In this document: in pieces, positions 8,082 through 17,638 of the stretch
How positions within the stretch are numbered: position 1 is the stretch's first letter
Layout: every line of letters starts with the position of its first letter
Assembly: GCA_965116735.1 (NCBI GenBank)
Contig: OZ220712.1
Span: 2,369,680-2,433,679, forward strand
Source of the DNA: Thermodesulfobacteriota bacterium
GTDB lineage: Bacteria; Desulfobacterota; Binatia; UBA9968; JAJDTQ01
Length of the DNA: 64,000 nucleotides
Reading direction: 5' to 3'
Program-made: the position numbers and the translations under genes
Notes under the pieces: model-generated
Told to the model about the DNA's origin: nothing
The model's input: only the letters and a program-made list of their open reading frames with translations
Database searches by the model: none

Positions 8082-9500
8082 TTGCGCGCTAATCTTCGTA
8101 AGGTCGTCTTCCACACGGACCGGGGATCCCCGGCGAATCGAGCATCAGGAAAGCGAGGGCCGCTAGTGAGCACGCATGGTCCTACCGGAAGAGACAGTCG
8201 GGTGCTGGGGGCTGAGGGCGCACGGCTGACGCGCAGAGCGGTCATTCGCGCCGGACTGGCAGCGGTCCTGGCGCCGCCCTGGATCCACTCCCCTCGCCCC
8301 GCCGACGCGGCCGCCGTCCGCGGAATCGGACCCGGCGGCGAGATCGTGCTGGGAGTGTCCGCCGCCTTCTCCGGCCCTTCCCGCGGCCTCGGCACCGAGC
8401 TCTACCGCGGCGCCAAATCGTACTTCAACCACGTCAACGAGAACGGCGGCGTCAACGGCCGCAAGATCGTCCTGAAGCTCTACGACGACGGCTACCAGCC
8501 TGATCCCTGCGTCGAGAACACCGTCAAGCTGATGCTGGAGGACCAGGTCTTCCTGCTCTTCGGGTACGTGGGCACCCCCACCGTCACCCGCGTTCTGCCG
8601 ATGTTGAAGAAGTTCCAGGCCCAGCGGGTCTACCTGTTCTTCCCCTTCACCGGCGCCCAACCCCAGCGCGAGCCGCCTTACGGCGAGTTCGCCTTCAACC
8701 TGCGGGCGTCCTACCGCCAGGAGACCGCGGGCCTGGTGAACAACTTCGTGCGCATAGGCCGGGAACGCATCGCCATGTTCTACCAGGCCGATGCCTACGG
8801 CCGCAGCGGCTGGGCGGGCGTGCGGGCGGCCCTGGCCAAGCACGGCATCGAGATGGTCGGCGAGGCCACGTACCGCCGGGGGTCGCGGTTCACCGGCAGC
8901 TTCCGGGCCCAGGTGGAGATCCTGAAGAAGGCCTCTCCCCACGCCGTGATCTGCGTCGGCGCCTACGCCGCCTGCGCCGGCTTCGCCCGCGACGCCGTGG
9001 ACCTGGGCCTGCGGGTCCCCATCGCCAACCTCTCCTTCGTCGGCAGCGAGAACCTGCTCAACCTGCTGTCGGAAGGGCAGGACGACCCCGATGCCTACGC
9101 CCGCTACCTGGTGAACTCACAGGTGGTGCCCAGCTACGAGGACACCTCGATCCCGGCCGTCAAGGAGTACCGCGAGCTGATGGCGCGCCACGACCCCCAG
9201 GTGCCCAAGGAACTGGTGAAGGAAGCCTACGAGCCGTTTCCGCACAGCTTCGTGAGCCTCGAAGGGTTTCTGGATGCGAAGCTGCTGGTGGAAATACTCC
9301 GGCGCCTCAAGGGCAGACCGGACAGAAGCGGCCTGGAGGAGGCCGTGTTCTCGGTGCGCGACTACGACCTGGGCATCGGCGAGGCGGTGTCCTTCGGGCC
9401 GGAGCGCCGGCAGGGGCTGCAGAAAGTCTACTACACGGTCGTCGAGGGGGGCCGGTTCGTCACCCTGGACGACTGGAAAGCCAAGTTCGGACGATCATGA
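8082..9500 (+). CDS. Periplasmic substrate-binding protein, LivJ-like (type 1 PBP), probable Tat signal
   Basis: Twin-arginine-like LTRRAVIRAGLAAVLAPP followed by a Peripla_BP_6-like body. The true start is probably GTG 8166 or 8199. Confidence 0.8.
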   Translation: MRANLRKVVFHTDRGSPANRASGKRGPLVSTHGPTGRDSRVLGAEGARLTRRAVIRAGLAAVLAPPWIHSPRPADAAAVRGIGPGGEIVLGVSAAFSGPSRGLGTELYRGAKSYFNHVNENGGVNGRKIVLKLYDDGYQPDPCVENTVKLMLEDQVFLLFGYVGTPTVTRVLPMLKKFQAQRVYLFFPFTGAQPQREPPYGEFAFNLRASYRQETAGLVNNFVRIGRERIAMFYQADAYGRSGWAGVRAALAKHGIEMVGEATYRRGSRFTGSFRAQVEILKKASPHAVICVGAYAACAGFARDAVDLGLRVPIANLSFVGSENLLNLLSEGQDDPDAYARYLVNSQVVPSYEDTSIPAVKEYRELMARHDPQVPKELVKEAYEPFPHSFVSLEGFLDAKLLVEILRRLKGRPDRSGLEEAVFSVRDYDLGIGEAVSFGPERRQGLQKVYYTVVEGGRFVTLDDWKAKFGRS

Positions 9501-10240
9501 AGATCAGGAAGCTCTTTCAGAAGACCCAGTTCGGCATCTTCGGGCTCTTCGGCCTGATCGTGCTGTCCACCTCGGCGCTGACCATCTACACGGTGCAGAC
9601 CCACCTGTCGGCGGAGTACGAGAGCAACAGCCGCAACATCGCCAAGACCATCGCGGACGCCAGCGTGGACATCCTGCTCAACCGCAACCTCGCCACGCTC
9701 CAGTCGCTCATCGACCAGTTCGTGGAGATCCAGGGCATCCGCTACGTCTACATCACCAGCGACAACGGCGAATACCTGGCCCACACCTTCGTTCCCGGCA
9801 TCCCCGAAGCGATTTTGGAGAGCGATCCGTTCGAGACCGCCACGGTCAAGCGGACGCTGCCCGGAATGGGCGAGTTCGTGGAAGTGGCCAGCCCGATCCT
9901 GGCAGGGTTCGGCGGCGTCGTGCACGTCGGCATGGACCTCGACACCATCGGCCTCAAGATACAGCGGGCCATCGGCCAGCAGGTGTACCTCATCTCGGTC
10001 CTGCTGGTGGTGGGGGTACTGGGGGCCATCTGGTTCGTCAATCTCGCCGCCAAGCCGTTGGGGGAACTCCTGGCCTTCGCCGTGAAATTGGCAAAGGAGG
10101 AGGACGCCGGCGGCGCCGGCGACGAGAAGATCCTCGCGCGCGACGACGAGGCCGGAGAACTGGCGCGCCTGCTCCTCCACGTCGCGCAACGCAAGAACGG
10201 CGCCGAAGAGCCGCCGCCGTCGACGGAACGGACCGGGTAG
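9497..10240 (+). CDS. Membrane sensor protein with periplasmic domain, two TM segments and a HAMP-like domain, no output domain
   Basis: ATG overlaps the SBP stop (ATGA). TM1 is FGIFGLFGLIVLSTSALTIY, followed by a roughly 150-aa extracytoplasmic domain, TM2 VYLISVLLVVGVLGAIWFV and a HAMP-like segment. No kinase or MCP signalling domain is present. Confidence 0.6.
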   Translation: MKIRKLFQKTQFGIFGLFGLIVLSTSALTIYTVQTHLSAEYESNSRNIAKTIADASVDILLNRNLATLQSLIDQFVEIQGIRYVYITSDNGEYLAHTFVPGIPEAILESDPFETATVKRTLPGMGEFVEVASPILAGFGGVVHVGMDLDTIGLKIQRAIGQQVYLISVLLVVGVLGAIWFVNLAAKPLGELLAFAVKLAKEEDAGGAGDEKILARDDEAGELARLLLHVAQRKNGAEEPPPSTERTG

Positions 10241-10262
10241 CAGGCAACGGGAGGCCGCGCGG

Positions 10263-11564
10263 GTGCGTATCCACAGAGCCGCCATCGCGTTTTTCTGCAC
10301 CATGCTGCAGATCTGCTTCGGGACGGTCTACGCCTGGAGCTTCTTCCAGACCATGCTGGTGCGCCAGTCCGGATGGACCCACACCGAGACCGCCTGGGCC
10401 TTCAGCATCGCCATCTTCTGCCTCGGCACCTCCGCGGCCTGGGCCGGCTCCGCGTTGGGGCGGCTGGGACCCAGGCGGCTGGCGCTGACCGGCAGCTTCA
10501 TGTTCGCCGGCGGCTACGTAATTGCCAGCGCGGCCCTGTGGCTGGATTACCTTCCGCTCTTCTACCTGGGGTACGGCGTCATCGGCGGAGCCGGCATCGG
10601 ACTCGGCTACGTGACCCCGGTGGCGACGGTAGCCAAGTGGTTCCCGGACATGAAGGGGCTGGTCACCGGCATCGTGGTGATGGGTTTCGGGATAGGGGCG
10701 CTGCTCCTGAGCAAGGGGCTGGCGCCGTTCCTGGTGGTGCGTACGGAGGGCGACCTGGCCCAGGTCTTCCTGTGGCTCGGCATAATATTCGCGGGAATAC
10801 TGATCCCTTGCAGCCTGGCGTTGAGCGATCCCGTGGCGCCGGTGAAGGCTCCGAGCGGCTCAGCGACCGCCACACCACTTGACGCCGCCGAGCCGGACTC
10901 CACCCTGCCCTACCTCAAGTCCGGCCAGTTCACCATCATGTGGACCGTCTTCTTCTTCAACATCGCCGCCGGCATCTCGGTCATCAGCTTCCAGTCGGAG
11001 CTGCTGCAGGAGGTCTGGGGTCTGGCCGACCCCACCGTGGAGCCCGCGGTGCTTGCGGAGTACGGGGCCACGCTGATCGCGGCCAGCTCCGTGTGCAATG
11101 GCGTCGGGCGGCTGTTCTGGGGCCTCCTGTCGGACCGCATCGGCCGGGTCAAGGTCTTCCGCATCCTGCTGGCCAGCCAGATGGTGGTGTTCGGGGTGCT
11201 CATGACCGAGGAGAACCCGTGGGTCTTCTCCGTGCTGGTGTGCTACGTCCTGCTGTGTTTCGGCGGCGGTTTCGCAACCATGCCGCCGTACATCCTGGAC
11301 GTCTTCGGCACGGAGAAGATGGCGAAGATGTATGGCGTGGTGCTGACCGCCTGGGCGGCCGCGGGCATTTTCGGCCCGCTCTACGTGGGATACCTGAAGG
11401 ACTCCTACCCGGATCGGGCGGTCATGTACTGCTTCCTGATCGGTATCCTGATGCTCGGGGCCGGCTACCTGTTCTCGTACCTGCTGAACGACGGCCGCCT
11501 CCGGCTCGGCCGTCCGACGCTGGAGACCACCCTCAGGCAATACGGCATTCCGGTCCGGGCCTGA
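10263..11564 (+). CDS. MFS transporter, oxalate/formate antiporter (OFA) family
   Basis: N-terminal LQICFGTVYAWSFF and twelve predicted TM segments, typical of the OFA family. GTG start. Confidence 0.85.
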   Translation: MRIHRAAIAFFCTMLQICFGTVYAWSFFQTMLVRQSGWTHTETAWAFSIAIFCLGTSAAWAGSALGRLGPRRLALTGSFMFAGGYVIASAALWLDYLPLFYLGYGVIGGAGIGLGYVTPVATVAKWFPDMKGLVTGIVVMGFGIGALLLSKGLAPFLVVRTEGDLAQVFLWLGIIFAGILIPCSLALSDPVAPVKAPSGSATATPLDAAEPDSTLPYLKSGQFTIMWTVFFFNIAAGISVISFQSELLQEVWGLADPTVEPAVLAEYGATLIAASSVCNGVGRLFWGLLSDRIGRVKVFRILLASQMVVFGVLMTEENPWVFSVLVCYVLLCFGGGFATMPPYILDVFGTEKMAKMYGVVLTAWAAAGIFGPLYVGYLKDSYPDRAVMYCFLIGILMLGAGYLFSYLLNDGRLRLGRPTLETTLRQYGIPVRA

Positions 11565-11576
11565 ACCGAGGAAGCC

Positions 11577-12206
11577 ATGAAGTTCCACGACTGCAGCACC
11601 GCACCCAGTCCGCGCCGGGTACGCATCTTCATCGCCGAGAAGGGGCTGGACATCCCCACCGTGCAGGTGGACCTGCGCAACGGCGAACATCTCTCCGACA
11701 CGTTCCGCGCGCTCAACCCCTGGTGCACGGTGCCCGTCCTGGAGCTCGACGACGGCACCGCCATCAGCGAGGCGGTGGCGGTATGCCGGTATCTGGAGGA
11801 CGCTCATCCCGAGCCGCCGCTCATGGGCGTGGACGCCCGTGACCGGGCCGTGGTGGCCATGTGGGAGCACCGTTTCGAGATCGACGGCTTCCTCGCCGTC
11901 ACCGAGGCGTTTCGCAACGAAGCCAAGGGACTGGCGGGGCGGGCGCTGACCGGACCGGGAAGCGTCGCGCAGATCCCGGAGCTGGTGGAGCGTGGACGCA
12001 CGCGAGTGGAACGGTTCTTCTCCGCCCTCGACGCCCAGCTCGCCCACCACCCCTTTGTCGCGGGCGAGCGCTACACCATCGCCGACATCACCGCGCAGGT
12101 GGCCGTGGACTTCGCCGCCTGGATCAAGATGAGCCTCCCGGCCGAGTGCCGCCGCGCCACCGAGTGGTACGGCCGGGTCAGCCAGCGTCCCAGCGCGGCC
12201 AGGTAG
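11577..12206 (+). CDS. Glutathione S-transferase
   Basis: N-terminal thioredoxin-like GST domain (SPRRVRIFIAEKGLD...NPWCTVPVLELDDG) and a C-terminal helical domain. SD GAGGAAG. Confidence 0.85.
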   Translation: MKFHDCSTAPSPRRVRIFIAEKGLDIPTVQVDLRNGEHLSDTFRALNPWCTVPVLELDDGTAISEAVAVCRYLEDAHPEPPLMGVDARDRAVVAMWEHRFEIDGFLAVTEAFRNEAKGLAGRALTGPGSVAQIPELVERGRTRVERFFSALDAQLAHHPFVAGERYTIADITAQVAVDFAAWIKMSLPAECRRATEWYGRVSQRPSAAR

Positions 12207-12224
12207 GGCGACCGCCGGTCGCCC

Positions 12225-12914
12225 CTATACGGACCCCGGCCACAGGCCGAAGCTCTTTTCGTCGGGCAGGAAAGACTTGAGCAGGCCGTCCTCGACTCCG
12301 GCGTCCTGCACGTCGCCGTTCAGGATGCCGAAGAAGAAAATGTGCAGCATCTGCTCGATGAGGGGCCGAAGGGAGGGGTCCCGCTTGGGATTGTACCAGG
12401 TGTAGATCCAGTTCATCATGCCGAAGAGGGCCAGCGCCGCCACCCGCACGTTGATTTTCGCGGCGTGCTCGTTCCGCTGAAGCTCCTCGACCATGTCCAC
12501 CAGGGCTTTCACGTAACGCCGCTTGAGATCCAGGATCCGCCGCTCGTAGTCCGCCGTCAGCGCGGTGTCCTCCCGGGACATCACCTTCATCTCGTCCATG
12601 TTGTGCAGGAAGAAGCCCAGATGGTTGTGGACGAACAGCGCGATCTTCTCCCGCGCGGACTTCCCGGATTCCTGTACCCTGCCGGCGTTCTCCAGCAACG
12701 TCACGAGGCAGCGTTCCTGTATCAGGCAGAGCAGCTCTTCCTTGGTGCGGAAGTAGTAGTAGAGGCCGGCGAGGCTCATGCCCGTGGCGCGGCTGATCTC
12801 GCGGATGGAAGTCCCGTCGAAACCCTTCTCCGCGAAGATCCTCGCGGAGTGCTCGAGGATCTGCTGCAGCTTCTCGTCGTGGTGGGCGGTAGGCGACCCT
12901 GAATCGTTCGGCAT
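12225..12914 (-). CDS. TetR/AcrR family transcriptional regulator, likely fatty-acid degradation repressor
   Basis: HTH FAEKGFDGTSIREISRATGMSLAGLYYYFRTKEELL. Transcribed divergently from the beta-oxidation operon. Confidence 0.85.
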   Translation of the reverse strand: MPNDSGSPTAHHDEKLQQILEHSARIFAEKGFDGTSIREISRATGMSLAGLYYYFRTKEELLCLIQERCLVTLLENAGRVQESGKSAREKIALFVHNHLGFFLHNMDEMKVMSREDTALTADYERRILDLKRRYVKALVDMVEELQRNEHAAKINVRVAALALFGMMNWIYTWYNPKRDPSLRPLIEQMLHIFFFGILNGDVQDAGVEDGLLKSFLPDEKSFGLWPGSV

Positions 12915-13037
12915 CAGCACGGATCTTGTCAAATAGGGTTTTCGAAGTCAACGAAACGGCCGCGGCGGCCGCGGGTCGGACCGCCCCCGCCGTCGAATTG
13001 AATCGCCATACCTCATGGTGTATAGCTGCCGGTTTGT

Positions 13038-13817
13038 ATGGATATGGAGTTCGAAAACATCACCGTTGAAAGGGACGGGCTCGTGGCGGTGGCCACCCTG
13101 AACCGTCCCAAACAGCTAAATGCACTCTCCTACGGGCTTTGCAAGGATCTGTGCGAGGCGCTGGAGGAACTCGACCACGACGAGTCCGTCCGGGTCTTCG
13201 TCATTACGGGAGGCGAACGCGTGTTCGCGGCGGGCGCCGACATCAACGAGATGGTGGAGGCTACCCCGTTCGCCGGCCGGGCCCACGAGCGGCTGGCCTT
13301 CAGGGACCGCATCAACCACCTCTCCAAGCCCGTCATCGCCGCGGTGAGCGGCTTCGCCCTGGGGGGCGGCTGCGAGCTGGCCATGAGTTGCGACATCATC
13401 ATCGCCTCGGAATCCGCGGTGTTCGGGCAACCCGAGGTCAACCTCGGCACCATACCGGGTTCCGGGGGCACGCAGCGGCTCACCCGCCTGGTGGGCAAGC
13501 ACAAGGCCATGGAGCTGGTGCTGACCGGCCGGTTCATGGATGCCGCCGAGGCGGCGCGGTGCGGCCTGGTGAACAAGGTCGTGCCGGTGGAGGTGCTGCT
13601 GGACGAAGCCAAGGCCATGGCGCGGACCATTGCCGGCAAGCCGCCCATCGCCATCCGGTTCGCCAAGGAAGCCATCCTCAAGGCCGCCAACACGCCCCTC
13701 GACGACGGCCTGGCTTTTGAACGCAAGTCTTTCACCACGCTTTTCGCCTCCGAGGACCGGAAGGAGGGCATGCAGGCGTTCCTTGACAAACGCAAACCCG
13801 AGTTCAAGGGAAAATGA
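13038..13817 (+). CDS. Enoyl-CoA hydratase (crotonase family)
   Basis: VATLNRPKQLNAL...FAAGADI...GGGCELAMSCD crotonase motifs. Confidence 0.9.
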   Translation: MDMEFENITVERDGLVAVATLNRPKQLNALSYGLCKDLCEALEELDHDESVRVFVITGGERVFAAGADINEMVEATPFAGRAHERLAFRDRINHLSKPVIAAVSGFALGGGCELAMSCDIIIASESAVFGQPEVNLGTIPGSGGTQRLTRLVGKHKAMELVLTGRFMDAAEAARCGLVNKVVPVEVLLDEAKAMARTIAGKPPIAIRFAKEAILKAANTPLDDGLAFERKSFTTLFASEDRKEGMQAFLDKRKPEFKGK

Positions 13818-14596
13818 GTTACGACACGATTCTCTACGAAAAGCTCGGCGGCGTCGCCACCATCACCCTGAACCGGCCCGAGGCGCTCAACGCGTTCACG
13901 GCGGAGATGAACCGGGAGCTGCTGGACGCCCTCAAGGACGGCAGCCGCGACAAGGACGTCCGCTGCTTCGTCCTGACCGGCGCCGGCGACCGCGCGTTCT
14001 GCGCCGGACAGGACCTCAAGGAACGTTCGCCGGACCGGAAGGGATCGCTCGGAGAGTCCTTGAGGTCCCGCTACAACCCCATCATCCTGGCCATCCGCCG
14101 GACCGAGAAGATCGTCCTGTGCGCCGTCAACGGCGTGGCCGCGGGCGCGGGATGCAACCTCACCCTGGCCTGCGACCTGCGCATCGCCTCGGAGAACGCG
14201 CGCTTCATCGAAGCGTTCGTGCGCGTGGGGCTGGGCCCGGACTGCGGCGGCAGCTATTTCATGCCGCGGCTCATCGGCCTCGGCAAGGCCACCGAGCTTT
14301 TCCTGCTGGGAGAGCCCCTGAACGCCCAGGACGCGCTCCGCTACGGCCTGGTGACCAAGGTCGTGCCGGCGGCGGAACTGGCGGCGGAAACCCGTGCCAT
14401 GGCGGAAAGGCTGGCCCGCGGCCCCCGCAGCGCCGGCCTGATCAAGCGGACCCTCAACAGGTCCATGTACGCCGAGCTGGCGGCGCAGCTCGAATACGAA
14501 GCGAGCACCCAGGAGATCGCCGGCCGCACCGCCGACTACGACGAGGGAGTCCGCGCGTTCATGGAGAAACGGGACCCGGTGTTCAAGGGGGAATAG
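13814..14596 (+). CDS. Enoyl-CoA hydratase/isomerase family protein
   Basis: ITLNRPEALNAF...FCAGQDL...GAGCNLTLACD. Start overlaps the upstream stop. Confidence 0.9.
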   Translation: MSYDTILYEKLGGVATITLNRPEALNAFTAEMNRELLDALKDGSRDKDVRCFVLTGAGDRAFCAGQDLKERSPDRKGSLGESLRSRYNPIILAIRRTEKIVLCAVNGVAAGAGCNLTLACDLRIASENARFIEAFVRVGLGPDCGGSYFMPRLIGLGKATELFLLGEPLNAQDALRYGLVTKVVPAAELAAETRAMAERLARGPRSAGLIKRTLNRSMYAELAAQLEYEASTQEIAGRTADYDEGVRAFMEKRDPVFKGE

Positions 14597-14634
14597 GTTC
14601 CTGACGGAACCCGCGGTTCTCCCCAAAATCGGTC

Positions 14635-15498
14635 ATGGTCAACGAAAACAAGATCGGAGTTATCGGCGCCGGCACCATGGGAGCCGGCATCGCCCAGGTG
14701 GCCGTCCAGGGCGGCTTCGAGGCGATGGTGTACGACATCGCGCAGGAGTTCCTCGACCGCGGGCTGGGGCGGATCCGCGGGTTCATCGGGCGCAGCCGGG
14801 AGAAGGGCAACATCGACGAAGACCAGGAAAAACGCATCCTCTCGCGCCTCAAGGGGTCGCTGGCCCTGGAGGACCTCGCCGACGCCACCCTGGTCATCGA
14901 AGCGGCCACCGAGAACCTCGAGGTCAAGCGGGAGCTGTTCCAGAAGCTGGACGCCACGTGCGCGGCGGAAACGCTGCTGGCCACCAACACCTCCTCCTTG
15001 TCGGTGACCGCCATCGGCGGCGCGGTGAAGGACGCCTCCCGCGTGCTGGGCATGCATTTCTTCAATCCCGCGCCGCTCATGGCGCTGGTGGAGGTGGTGC
15101 AGGGCGAGCTGACCAGCGACGCCACGGTTGCCAAGGCGGTGGACATCGTCGGCAAGTTCGGCAAGACGCCCGTCCGCGCCAAGGACACGCCCGGGTTCAT
15201 CGTCAACCGCATCGCCCGGCCGTTCTACAACGAGGCGCTGCGCATCCTGAGCGAAGGCGAAGTCGACGTGGGCACCGTGGACCGCGTCATGCGCGAAGCG
15301 GGCGGCTTCCGCATGGGTCCCTTCGAGCTTCAGGACCTCATCGGCATCGATATCAACTTCACCGCGACGGAGACGCTCTACCGGGCGTTCTTCGAAGACC
15401 CGCGCTTCCGGCCAAGCCCCTTGCAGCAGAAGCTGTACCTGGCCGGCCACCTCGGACGGAAGACCGGGAAGGGCTTCTACGACTATGGCGCAAAATAG
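14635..15498 (+). CDS. 3-hydroxyacyl-CoA dehydrogenase (3-hydroxybutyryl-CoA dehydrogenase-like)
   Basis: N-terminal Rossmann motif [15 protein letters not shown] and a C-terminal HCDH domain. Confidence 0.9.
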   Translation: MVNENKIGVIGAGTMGAGIAQVAVQGGFEAMVYDIAQEFLDRGLGRIRGFIGRSREKGNIDEDQEKRILSRLKGSLALEDLADATLVIEAATENLEVKRELFQKLDATCAAETLLATNTSSLSVTAIGGAVKDASRVLGMHFFNPAPLMALVEVVQGELTSDATVAKAVDIVGKFGKTPVRAKDTPGFIVNRIARPFYNEALRILSEGEVDVGTVDRVMREAGGFRMGPFELQDLIGIDINFTATETLYRAFFEDPRFRPSPLQQKLYLAGHLGRKTGKGFYDYGAK

Positions 15499-16234
15499 CG
15501 TGGCGATCCTCGGGGGCAACCGCATGGCGGAGGACTGGTTCCGCCTGGCCCGGGACGGCGGCCTGACCGTCCATCGATACGGGCGCGCCGCCGAGGTGGA
15601 CCCGGCGACGGCGGTGGTGGTGGATACCCTGCCCCACGGGGTGGAAGCCAAGACGCAACTGCTGGAAGAACTCGACGGCACGGTGCCGGGCGCGTCGGTG
15701 GTTCTGACCTCGTGCCTGCGCTGGTCCGCCACCACCATCGCCTGCTGGAGCCGGCGTCCGGAGCGCGTCGTCGGCTTCGCCACCTTCCACCCCCTGGAGG
15801 GACGCAACGTCATCGAGCTGGCGCGCGGGCTCGATACCGCCGACGAGGCGGTGCGGGCGGCCGAATCCCTGGTGCGCGGCCTGGGCAGGGAGAGCGCCTT
15901 GGTGAAGGATGCGCCGGGTTTGGTGTTCCCGCGGATCCTGAGCCTCATCATCAACGAGGCGGCACGCGGCCTGGACGAGGGTATCGCCACCGCCGAGGAG
16001 ATCGACATCGCGCTGAGGCTGGGCACCAACTATCCGCAGGGGCCGCTCCGTTGGGCCGATGAGATCGGCCTGGACGAGGTCCTCGCGGTCATCGAGGGAC
16101 TCCAGGAAGAAACCGGCGACGACCGCTACCGGCCCTCGCCGCTGCTGAAGAAGCTGGTGGCATCCGGGCGGCTGGGCGAAGCCGTGGGGCAGGGATTCTA
16201 CGAACACGGGGAACCCGGCGACGACGCTGCTTGA
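15485..16234 (+). CDS. 3-hydroxyacyl-CoA dehydrogenase-like protein with degenerate NAD-binding motif
   Basis: C-terminal HCDH-like region ([16 protein letters not shown]). The N-terminal GxGxxG is degenerate ([11 protein letters not shown]). Confidence 0.7.
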   Translation: MAQNSVAILGGNRMAEDWFRLARDGGLTVHRYGRAAEVDPATAVVVDTLPHGVEAKTQLLEELDGTVPGASVVLTSCLRWSATTIACWSRRPERVVGFATFHPLEGRNVIELARGLDTADEAVRAAESLVRGLGRESALVKDAPGLVFPRILSLIINEAARGLDEGIATAEEIDIALRLGTNYPQGPLRWADEIGLDEVLAVIEGLQEETGDDRYRPSPLLKKLVASGRLGEAVGQGFYEHGEPGDDAA

Positions 16235-16300
16235 CCGGCCCGCGAGAATATCGGAACATTCAATTCGAAACGCGCCATCGCGGCGCAGGAAAGGCGCAAC

Positions 16301-17503
16301 ATGCCCGAAGCCGTTATCATCGACGCCGCTCGCACCCCCATGGGCCGCTATGGAGGTATCCTCAAGGACATCCGGCCGGATGACCTGGCGGCGCACGTCA
16401 TCGCCAAGCTCATCGCCCGCAACGGGATCGACAAGGAGACCATCGAGGACGTGATCCTGGGCTGCACCAACCAGGCCGGGGAAGACTGCCGCAACGTGGG
16501 TCGCAACGCGTCCCTGCTCGCCGGCATCCCGGAGTCGGTGCCCGGCGCCACCGTCAACCGCCTGTGCGGTTCGGGATTGGAGGCCGTCAACCAGGCCGGC
16601 AGGGCGGTGGGGGCCGAGGAGGGCGACCTCTTCGTGGCCGGGGGCGTGGAAATGATGACGCGGGCGCCGCTGGTGATGCCCAAGGGCGCCGTCGCGTTCG
16701 CGCGCGGCGACGTCACGGTCTACGACAGCGTGCTCGGATGGCGTTTTCCGAACCCCCGCATGGGCGAACTGTACCCGCTGATAAGCCTGGGCGAGACCGC
16801 GGAGAACGTGGCGGAGAAGTACTCCATCGACCGCCCGCGGCAGGACGCCTTCGGCCTCAGGAGTCATCGCAACGCCGTGGCGGCCCAGGAAGCGGGGCGG
16901 CTGGACGACGAGATCATCCCCGTGCCCGTGCCCCAACGGCGCGGCGACCCGGTGGCGCACGCCCGGGACGAGGGCCCGCGGCCGGACACCAGCCTGGAAC
17001 AGCTTGCGGCGTTGAGGCCGGCGTTCGTAAAGAACGGCACCGTGACCGCGGGAAACTCGTCGCCGCTGTCGGACGGCGCCGCGGCGCTGCTGGTCGCTTC
17101 CCGCGAGCGGGCGGAGGCGCTGAAGCTGAAACCCATGGTCCGGATCGTCGCTTCGGCGGTGGCGGGGGTGGATCCCGCGTTCATGGGCATCGGACCCATC
17201 CCGGCTAGCCGCAAGGCGCTCGAGCGGGCCGGGCTCACCGCCGAACAGTTGGACTTGGTGGAGCTCAACGAGGCCTTTGCCTCCCAGTCGCTGGCGTGTG
17301 TCAAGGAGCTTGACCTGGACCCGGACAAGGTCAACGTGAACGGCGGCGCCATCGCCCTGGGCCACCCTTTGGGTTGCAGCGGCGCGAGAATCATGACAAC
17401 GTTGATCCACGAGATGAAGCGTCGCGGAAGCCGTTACGGCATGGCTACCATGTGCATCGGCGTGGGACAGGGCATCGCCACCATCGTCGAGCGGGCGGAC
17501 TAG
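16301..17503 (+). CDS. Acetyl-CoA C-acyltransferase (thiolase)
   Basis: Thiolase signatures NRLCGSGLEAV, GNSSPLSDGAAALL and NVNGGAIALGHPLGCSGARI. Confidence 0.9.
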   Translation: MPEAVIIDAARTPMGRYGGILKDIRPDDLAAHVIAKLIARNGIDKETIEDVILGCTNQAGEDCRNVGRNASLLAGIPESVPGATVNRLCGSGLEAVNQAGRAVGAEEGDLFVAGGVEMMTRAPLVMPKGAVAFARGDVTVYDSVLGWRFPNPRMGELYPLISLGETAENVAEKYSIDRPRQDAFGLRSHRNAVAAQEAGRLDDEIIPVPVPQRRGDPVAHARDEGPRPDTSLEQLAALRPAFVKNGTVTAGNSSPLSDGAAALLVASRERAEALKLKPMVRIVASAVAGVDPAFMGIGPIPASRKALERAGLTAEQLDLVELNEAFASQSLACVKELDLDPDKVNVNGGAIALGHPLGCSGARIMTTLIHEMKRRGSRYGMATMCIGVGQGIATIVERAD

Positions 17504-17638
17504 GGGGTCCCACCAGGCACTACATATGCTTTGGCAAGACGGCCGGAAATGCTATATATGGTGTTTTAGTAGGTTCCGTTTTCTGGAATGAAAGGGGTTT
17601 CATCCCGGAGTCGCACCAGACCCTGAATAGGGCGGAGC

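Noticed and set aside
10860-12050. 396-aa minus-strand ORF antisense to the MFS and GST genes
   Set aside because: Antisense artefact of a high-GC region. The plus-strand genes have clear family motifs and ribosome-binding sites.
12915-12932. TTG-initiated N-terminal extension of the TetR gene
   Set aside because: The ATG at 12914 gives a normal TetR N-terminus. The TTGACA in the extension is more plausibly promoter-like sequence than coding.
13130-17410. Several 480-680-aa minus-strand ORFs across the beta-oxidation operon
   Set aside because: All are antisense to crotonase, HCDH and thiolase genes with unmistakable motifs. Their translations are Arg/Ala/Gly-rich low-complexity sequence.
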